The notes under the pieces: model-generated | Databases searched by the model: none | Seen by the model: the letters and a program-made list of their open reading frames with translations, nothing else | Told to the model about the DNA's origin: nothing | Shown: positions 25,806-32,000 of the stretch, piece by piece | Position numbering within the stretch: the stretch's first letter is position 1 | How the letters are laid out: each line of letters starts with the position of its first letter | Assembly: GCA_964426185.1 (NCBI GenBank) | Contig: CAYRPF010000030.1 | Coordinates: 2,983 to 34,982, forward strand | Source: an uncultured archaeon | GTDB lineage: Archaea > Asgardarchaeota > Lokiarchaeia > Sigyniarchaeales > Promethearchaeaceae | Direction: 5' to 3' | Length of the DNA: 32,000 nt | Position numbers and translations under genes: made by a program

Positions 25806-28361
25806 ATGCGAAAAAAAAATAAGTTTAGAAGACTTTCCATTTTGAGTATTTTTACATTTTTTGGGATTATTCTTTCAAGCTTTCTCTTGATTAATATCAA
25901 TAATACAATTTTTTTAGATAATGGAATGAATAACTGGTCAAAAGAAAACATCTTAGAAGATGAATCTTTTATTCACGAACCTAAATTCCAATCCTTGCAT
26001 TTATCACAATCTGAAGAGAGTAATTCGAATGAAGTTCCTTCATCAAGTTATGTTATCATTACTACAAATAATATTCGCTCGAATAGTCAAATATTAGATG
26101 ACTTTGTGCAATTCAAGAACGCGTGTGGTTTTAAAGTAATTATTTTAACCGAAGATGATTTTGGGAACGATACTGGAAAAGCTCGAGCCATAAATATTCG
26201 AAATTGGTTAAAAAATAAATATCAAAGTGAAAATATCAAGTATGTTCTTTTAATCGGGGATCCTGATCCTGATAATGATGATATATCTGATGATAGTATA
26301 GGCGATATTCCAATGATGATGTGCTGGCCTCTGAATAATGGCACCGGAGATGATTATAGCTATGAAGAATCGCCTACTGATTACTTTTATGCAGATTTAA
26401 CAGGTGATTGGGATTCTGATGGGGATAATTATTACGGGGAATTTGGGTACGGCCATTATGAGAATCCAGAAGATGCTGGGGTTGATTTCGCTGCTGAAGT
26501 AATGGTTGGGCGCATTCCAGTATATAATAACGATTATTCAACACTGGATTTCATTTTAAACAAAACGATTTATCACCACCAATCAACTGGGATGGAAAAA
26601 TATCGAATTTTAGAACCAATGGCTATCTCGAACTATGATGATGAAGATGGCATTCCAGATTATGATCGAGTTGATGGACGAGATTTACCAGAAGCATTAT
26701 GGAACAGCACCATTAGTCATCTAAATATAAATGACACTGTTTTATACGAGGCATCAGGTTTGAACCCTGTAGATGAGTCAGCTTTTCATTATTCTTTACC
26801 TCTAACCCGAAATAATGTAATCAACGAAATAAATTCAGGATATGGAGCAATTATTTGGTGGGGGCATGGAAGTGAAACTGGAGCATACCGAAAATACTGG
26901 GATGATTCTAAAGAAGATGGGGATGGAATTCCTGAAAAAGATGAAATGAATTGGTTAACTTTTCTTGAATCTAATGATTTATCTTCAATTGATTCCAATA
27001 ATTCCGCATTTATTTTTCAAATTTCATGTAGTAATGGATACCCCGAAAATCCGAATAATTTAGGATATTCTCTTCTTGAATCTGGTGTGGGAATCTCAAC
27101 AATATCGTCTTCTCGCGTTAGCTGGTATGGAACCGCGCCTTGGGAACCTGATTTTTATGAAAATTACACCGACAACGCGGGATTAGGTTATGCATATATG
27201 CACAATTTATTATATGAAAATATGTCAGCTGGCCAAGCATTAGCCGTTGCTAAGGAATTCGGAGGGGAAGATTGGGGAGGGCATAGTTGGATGAATAAAA
27301 TGGATTTTAATCTTTACGGAGATCCTCATTTAAAATATTGGAGTTCTGCTGTTCCAGATATTCCTATTCTTCAATCACCCTTAAATGAAAGTATAATTTA
27401 TTCTTCTGATGTAAAATTGACCATTAAGGTGGAAGATCTGGATAGTCCATTACTGAATGTCACCTTCTTTAATGCTTCTGATAATTCGATTATTGGTTGG
27501 GATTTAAACGTTCCCTCTGGTCAAAATGCAACTATTTGGTGGAAAAATCTTACAAAAAATACCACTTATCAATGGTATGCAATTGTTTCAGATGGACAGA
27601 CTTTTCAAAAAAGCAGCAAATGGTCGTTCAAAATTGCTGGAAATATTACTCCAATTATATTGTCTGTGTCACCCATTAATGATCGTAGAGAGCAGGTAGA
27701 TTTCGTGGAATTAGATATTGGAGTTTTTGATGAAGATCACGATAATCTGACTATTAGGTTTTATAACGCGGCTAGTGATAATCTTCTTGGGATATCAGAT
27801 ATAATTGGTGGTAACGGGTGTGCCACCTTTCTTTGGGACGATCTTTTATGGAATAGTCAATATTCATGGTATTTCACAGTAGAAGATGGGCATTATTTAG
27901 TAAATTCAAGCGTTTTTGTTTTTTATACTGATTATTTACCTGAAATCATGTCTGTTCCAACACCTAGCAATGGTGATGTTTTTGAAAATACCAAAGTTAG
28001 ATTAGCATTAGATATTTTTGATGAAGATTTAAGTCCTTTGACTATATATTTTCATGATAATGTATCACATCAGCTATTAGGAGCAGTAAACCTAACTATG
28101 GGAAATGGAACGGCAGAATTTCTTTGGCAGGGTTTAACCTATAATACAAATTATAGTTGGTATGTTGAAGTTGATGATGGGATTGTAACTATTCAATCTG
28201 AAATTTGGTGGTTCCAAATTGGACCAGATCCTAACGTAGATACAAATTCCTATGAAAATGGCCGGATTTTAGAAATTGCAGCTTTTTCCCCCTTCTTTAT
28301 TATTTTGAGTTTTAATCTCGGAGTGATAATAGTAGTGTATCACAAGTTGAAAAGAGATTAG
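25806..28361 (+). CDS. C25 family (gingipain-like) cysteine peptidase, surface-anchored, with three C-terminal Ig/FN3-like repeats
   Basis: N-terminal signal/TM; YVIIT, YVLLIGD, TDYFYADL, VGRIP; catalytic GHG and SC; FNLYGDP; three ~95-aa repeats; C-terminal TM plus basic tail. Confidence 0.9.
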   Translation: MRKKNKFRRLSILSIFTFFGIILSSFLLININNTIFLDNGMNNWSKENILEDESFIHEPKFQSLHLSQSEESNSNEVPSSSYVIITTNNIRSNSQILDDFVQFKNACGFKVIILTEDDFGNDTGKARAINIRNWLKNKYQSENIKYVLLIGDPDPDNDDISDDSIGDIPMMMCWPLNNGTGDDYSYEESPTDYFYADLTGDWDSDGDNYYGEFGYGHYENPEDAGVDFAAEVMVGRIPVYNNDYSTLDFILNKTIYHHQSTGMEKYRILEPMAISNYDDEDGIPDYDRVDGRDLPEALWNSTISHLNINDTVLYEASGLNPVDESAFHYSLPLTRNNVINEINSGYGAIIWWGHGSETGAYRKYWDDSKEDGDGIPEKDEMNWLTFLESNDLSSIDSNNSAFIFQISCSNGYPENPNNLGYSLLESGVGISTISSSRVSWYGTAPWEPDFYENYTDNAGLGYAYMHNLLYENMSAGQALAVAKEFGGEDWGGHSWMNKMDFNLYGDPHLKYWSSAVPDIPILQSPLNESIIYSSDVKLTIKVEDLDSPLLNVTFFNASDNSIIGWDLNVPSGQNATIWWKNLTKNTTYQWYAIVSDGQTFQKSSKWSFKIAGNITPIILSVSPINDRREQVDFVELDIGVFDEDHDNLTIRFYNAASDNLLGISDIIGGNGCATFLWDDLLWNSQYSWYFTVEDGHYLVNSSVFVFYTDYLPEIMSVPTPSNGDVFENTKVRLALDIFDEDLSPLTIYFHDNVSHQLLGAVNLTMGNGTAEFLWQGLTYNTNYSWYVEVDDGIVTIQSEIWWFQIGPDPNVDTNSYENGRILEIAAFSPFFIILSFNLGVIIVVYHKLKRD

Positions 28362-28407
28362 ATATTTTTTCGTGACATTTTTTTATTTTCCTTCTCATAT
28401 TGTATTT

Positions 28408-28635
28408 TTAGCGAATATAATCAAGTATTCTACCAAGTCTTCTTAATCTTACATTTGTCTCTCCACGAAATCGGAAAATAGAATGAGTTGTATAGAAAAA
28501 TAAGGGGTTCTCAGAAAGTTTAAATCGCGATCTACCGCTATAATACCCCATATCTATTGAATTTTGCAGTGCATTCTGCACACCAGAATCTTTAAATTCA
28601 TGCTGAAAATATTCCGAATTATTGAATAGAACCAT
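28408..28635 (-). CDS. Small hypothetical ORF (uncertain)
   Basis: 75 aa with ATG start in an otherwise empty gap; no motif. Confidence 0.3.
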   Translation of the reverse strand: MVLFNNSEYFQHEFKDSGVQNALQNSIDMGYYSGRSRFKLSENPLFFYTTHSIFRFRGETNVRLRRLGRILDYIR

Positions 28636-28831
28636 TAGATTGCATTTATAAGATGGTTTTCACCGCCTTATTCGAAAATCCCAATATCTAAATGGTAAAA
28701 TTGAAGTGGAAAATTAAAAAATGGAAATTTATCTCTAAAGATGGGCACTACCCCTCAGGTTAAAATTTTTTTCTCAATTTTTTGTGCGAGAAAATTTTTA
28801 ATAAACGTTCCTTTTGCAAAACTCGATAAGA

Positions 28832-29107
28832 ATGGCCGATTTAAAAAATACGACCTATAGGTTCAAAGGAATTCTCGCGGGATTACTACTAATCATAGCC
28901 CCAATTATTGGAGTTTTACTCAGAATTCAAGGTTCCAATGGGTGGGTGATAGGAACAGTTGTTGCGGGTTTAAATATTATTATTTTCATAGGATTAGGCT
29001 TTTATCTCCGAAAAGATTTTATTCCCACTGAAGAAAAAGAATCCGAAAAAGGAGAAAAAGCATCATCTGGAAAAAAGAAAGGAGATAAAGAAGAAACCAC
29101 CGCTTAA
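28832..29107 (+). CDS. Small 2-TM membrane protein with charged tail (likely start ATG 28832)
   Basis: Two hydrophobic helices followed by a K/E-rich tail. Confidence 0.7.
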   Translation: MADLKNTTYRFKGILAGLLLIIAPIIGVLLRIQGSNGWVIGTVVAGLNIIIFIGLGFYLRKDFIPTEEKESEKGEKASSGKKKGDKEETTA

Positions 29108-29117
29108 TTAAATTTTC

Positions 29118-29987
29118 TTAAAATTTTTTCCCCCTCTTGTAAAAACGTTCAAAACCTTTCGCAATTTTCCTCCAATTAAGCGGGGGATCACCGTATTGAG
29201 ATAATAATGGATTTATATCTTCAATTAATATATGAGGAGAATATAACCAAGCACTTTCTTTATTGAATGATAAGCATAAAATTCTAGGTAATTCCAAAAT
29301 TTTTTCTAACATTAGACCATATGTCGCAACTTGTGGAAGTGACCTTAGAAAATAGCCTTCAGGTTTATAGTCTGCTATGATTAAGCACTCAGTTTCAGTA
29401 TCCCACAATAATAGATCGATGTGCCCAGTCAAAGAATAAGAAAAATCACAAGATAGTTTATTGGACGAATCTATTTTAACTAGAAATTGCTCGAGAGAAG
29501 ATTTTTTTCTGGTCCAGACTGGAACCTCGATTGAGAGTGCTCCATCATGTTGGAGAAGAATTGTTGACAGAATTTCCTCATGAGATGGCTTATAATCGGT
29601 GTACCCTTGAGCATAATAAGTTGTAAATGTCTTTTCTGTAATTGTGAGGATTGATAATAGAAAATCCTGGTTGTGGGTAAATTTATCATCTGAACCATGA
29701 TTCGAATTTATCTGAAAATTGTCCTCAGAATTAAGATAAAATGGAAAAATTCGCTCAGTTTTGATAAGGTGGGTTGTTATCTTTTTTTGCGCTCCATGCG
29801 GTAAATTTTTAATACGAAATTTTGAACATCGCTGAATAAATGGGTTGTTGAATAAATCAATAGGAACATCTCTTGCAGCGATTATATCGAAATAGTTCGT
29901 AATTTTTCTTGCAATGTTCTGAGGCATTTGATTAATAATACTTTTCCGTTTTGCACATTTGAACACGTATTCAATCCCATTATGCAA
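29118..29987 (-). CDS. PD-(D/E)XK (RecB/Cas4-like) nuclease family protein, paralogue 2
   Basis: EVPVW, TGHIDL, ADYKP, PQVATYG motifs. Confidence 0.85.
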   Translation of the reverse strand: MHNGIEYVFKCAKRKSIINQMPQNIARKITNYFDIIAARDVPIDLFNNPFIQRCSKFRIKNLPHGAQKKITTHLIKTERIFPFYLNSEDNFQINSNHGSDDKFTHNQDFLLSILTITEKTFTTYYAQGYTDYKPSHEEILSTILLQHDGALSIEVPVWTRKKSSLEQFLVKIDSSNKLSCDFSYSLTGHIDLLLWDTETECLIIADYKPEGYFLRSLPQVATYGLMLEKILELPRILCLSFNKESAWLYSPHILIEDINPLLSQYGDPPLNWRKIAKGFERFYKRGKKF

Positions 29988-30057
29988 AAATCGTACTTTC
30001 TTAATATTATCCAGGAGGCTTCACTACCTTTAATTTGTTTATCTTATATTCTAATTA

Positions 30058-30861
30058 TTATAGGGAATACACAATATCTCTCCATTCTAAAGAAGGATCC
30101 CCATAACTTTTTATATATTCGATGACAACTGTGCGAATAATTTCAGGATCATAGACCCAAGCGCGTTCACGGCTAAAAGAAACGCATTTGATATTTGAGC
30201 AACCCAAAACTTGCTTCATTATTAATCCATATGTGGCTACTTGAGGGAGGGATGAAAGAAAATGATCTTCTGGCTTATAATCGGCCACAATTAGAGAGTG
30301 ATCTTCCGGATCATACAAAATCAAATCAATATGTCCTGTAAACTGTTTATCTGCCATACAATTATATGGAGATGGTTTTATGGTTCGATTTTGAATTGAG
30401 TTCAAATCAGTAGTCCACACGGGAACTTCGGATGCCAGTGCTTGTGGATGTAATTCTATAATTTTTTGTAGAATTGGTTCATGTCTGGGGTTCTTCTCAT
30501 TTAATTGAGTGAAAATATCATACCAAATATTAGCCATTTTTGGAAGCGCTTCAATCACATTAAACGTGGATTTTTTGAAATCACTATTAACTACAATTTG
30601 ATTAACATATTGCTGCTTGACTAAACTCAAACTAATCTTTTTTTGGGCGTGAGGAACTAAATGTTTGATTCTAAATGAAGAACAGCGTAATCCGTCCTTA
30701 TTATTGAATATTGAATCGGGAAAATCGGGTGATTGTGTAAAATGAATATATTGAAGCAATCGATGTCCAAATTTATCATAGATCACAGGGTTTTGAAATC
30801 GTTTTTCTACCCATAATAATTTGTATTCTAAGCCATGATGATAAAAACATACGTTTTGCAA
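30058..30861 (-). CDS. PD-(D/E)XK (RecB/Cas4-like) nuclease family protein, paralogue 1
   Basis: EVPVW, TGHIDL, ADYKP, PQVATYG motifs; clearly homologous to 29118-29987. Confidence 0.85.
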   Translation of the reverse strand: MQNVCFYHHGLEYKLLWVEKRFQNPVIYDKFGHRLLQYIHFTQSPDFPDSIFNNKDGLRCSSFRIKHLVPHAQKKISLSLVKQQYVNQIVVNSDFKKSTFNVIEALPKMANIWYDIFTQLNEKNPRHEPILQKIIELHPQALASEVPVWTTDLNSIQNRTIKPSPYNCMADKQFTGHIDLILYDPEDHSLIVADYKPEDHFLSSLPQVATYGLIMKQVLGCSNIKCVSFSRERAWVYDPEIIRTVVIEYIKSYGDPSLEWRDIVYSL

Positions 30862-30897
30862 TCTAACTCAAGTATTAAAGGATCTTTTTTTATAAAA

Positions 30898-30949
30898 ACC
30901 CATACGTTGAGACATTAATTCTTTCTTTGAATATACCCATACGTTGAGA
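30898..30949. repeat. Direct repeat ACCCATACGTTGAGA x2 (37-bp period)
   Basis: Exact 15-mers at 30898-30912 and 30935-30949. Confidence 0.9.
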
Positions 30950-30999
30950 AATGTAATGTAAAAGAAAAGGGAGAAGAAAAAAAAAGCAGAATAGAACAA

Positions 31000-31254
31000 T
31001 TATTCTGCAGCACTAATATCAGCAGCAGTAACGCGCTTGCGTTTGTCTGCTTTGACTAATTTAATTGCAGCTTTGGTTTTTTCTTCAGCTGCTTTGGTCA
31101 AAACATCAATTAACAATTCTAAAGCATCTTCGGCCACTAAGGTCGCACCCTCATCTTTCATTAATCGTCGAATGGGGGCTTTAGCAATATAGGAAGCACG
31201 ACTTACTGCTTTCTTTTTCTTTGGAGCTGGTTTCTTTGATTTTTTCTTAGCCAT
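31000..31254 (-). CDS. Archaeal histone with a lysine-rich N-terminal tail (likely start ATG 31254)
   Basis: Histone fold IAKAPIRRLMK..GATLVAEDA....KRKRVTAADI preceded by MAKKKSKKPAPKKKKAVSR. Confidence 0.93.
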   Translation of the reverse strand: MAKKKSKKPAPKKKKAVSRASYIAKAPIRRLMKDEGATLVAEDALELLIDVLTKAAEEKTKAAIKLVKADKRKRVTAADISAAE

Positions 31255-31682
31255 AATAATCACTTTTTTAAAAATTATATCCTCCGCGGATATATTGTAA
31301 TAATAACGTTATCCTTATTTAAATGTTTTGGATAAATGCGACAATTGGGATGATCTCCTTACCCCAAACCTTGCAATCATAAATTTTTTTCCCACAAAAA
31401 ATAAATGAAGGGGATCAAGAAAAAAATCTCTTGTCTCCTCTCTTCAAAATTTTTTCAGTTAAATTAAGATAACTCAATTTCGATCCCGGAATTTTTCCCA
31501 CACTTTTTTTGAAAATTTTTTGTCGGGAAGGCATAATCATTATGTATTTTTTTCTAAATTGAGAATGTGCTAATAATTTCACTCAAAAATCTTGGAATTA
31601 TTTTAAAAAAATTCACAACAACTTTAGCTAAAATTAACAATGAAAAAAAAAAATTATCACCATTAAAATGGGGATTTATTTT

Positions 31683-32000
31683 TTAGAGAAATTTAGATTC
31701 ATCTATTTTAGGAAAATCTACCATAGCTTGTTTAATTTCATGATCTGGAAACTCGTAATCCACCATCTGGCCGTCATGATATACCTGATAGGCATGAGTA
31801 TCAAAGTATCCATGTCCTGAAAAGTTGAAGAGGATGGTACATTTTTCTTTATTTTCTTGAGCTTCCAGTGCACGATCAATAGCCGCTGCAATAACATGAT
31901 TAGTTTCTACAGCAGGTAAAATTCCTTCTGTTTTAGCCATTAGGATGCCCGCTTCAATGGTTTTGATTTGATGAACCATAACCGATTTCATAAGATTATG
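31683..32000 (-). CDS. trpB2: TrpB2-type tryptophan synthase beta-like PLP enzyme, C-terminal part (runs off the window)
   Basis: AKTEGILPAVETNH and ILFNFSGHGYFD motifs. Confidence 0.9.
   Translation of the reverse strand, partial: HNLMKSVMVHQIKTIEAGILMAKTEGILPAVETNHVIAAAIDRALEAQENKEKCTILFNFSGHGYFDTHAYQVYHDGQMVDYEFPDHEIKQAMVDFPKIDESKFL

Noticed and set aside
28636-28715. In-frame TGA upstream of ORF 28408-28635 as possible selenocysteine readthrough
   Set aside because: No ATG upstream before the next TAA stop, no redox motif and no SECIS seen
30898-30949. Mini-CRISPR next to Cas4-like nucleases
   Set aside because: Only two 15-bp repeats with a 22-nt spacer, which is too short; no cas genes; the nucleases lack Cas4 cysteines

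Overview
AT-rich archaeal chromosome segment. Gene content points to an Asgard archaeon, most likely Lokiarchaeia (inferred from gene families, not from a database hit): TFB, the rpl15e-DUF54-rpp30-pop5 cluster, a tailed histone, a longin/DENN-like protein and an MglA-like small GTPase. Most genes are housekeeping (tfb, parvulin, HAD hydrolase, ino1, serS, sua5, trpB2). The most interesting signals are non-coding and absent from the ORF track. (1) tRNA-Arg(UCU) with a 27-nt D-loop intron bounded by a complete bulge-helix-bulge (762-864). (2) A box C/D guide RNA (6492-6555, -) whose D guide predicts 2'-O-methylation of the 23S P-loop G2251. (3) A ~150-nt multi-branched structure with 17-nt periodicity (3171-3321). 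(4) A divergent RHH/wHTH regulator pair with back-to-back TATA boxes, each followed by a different repeat type (17.3-18.3 kb). (5) Directly beside that pair, two inverted ORB-like 16-mers around a ~84% AT spacer (18578-18743), a candidate replication origin with no cdc6/orc1 in the window. Also present: two large coupled unknown helical proteins, a membrane-anchored C25 (gingipain-like) protease and tandem PD-(D/E)XK nuclease paralogues. No CRISPR array, rRNA or transposase was seen.
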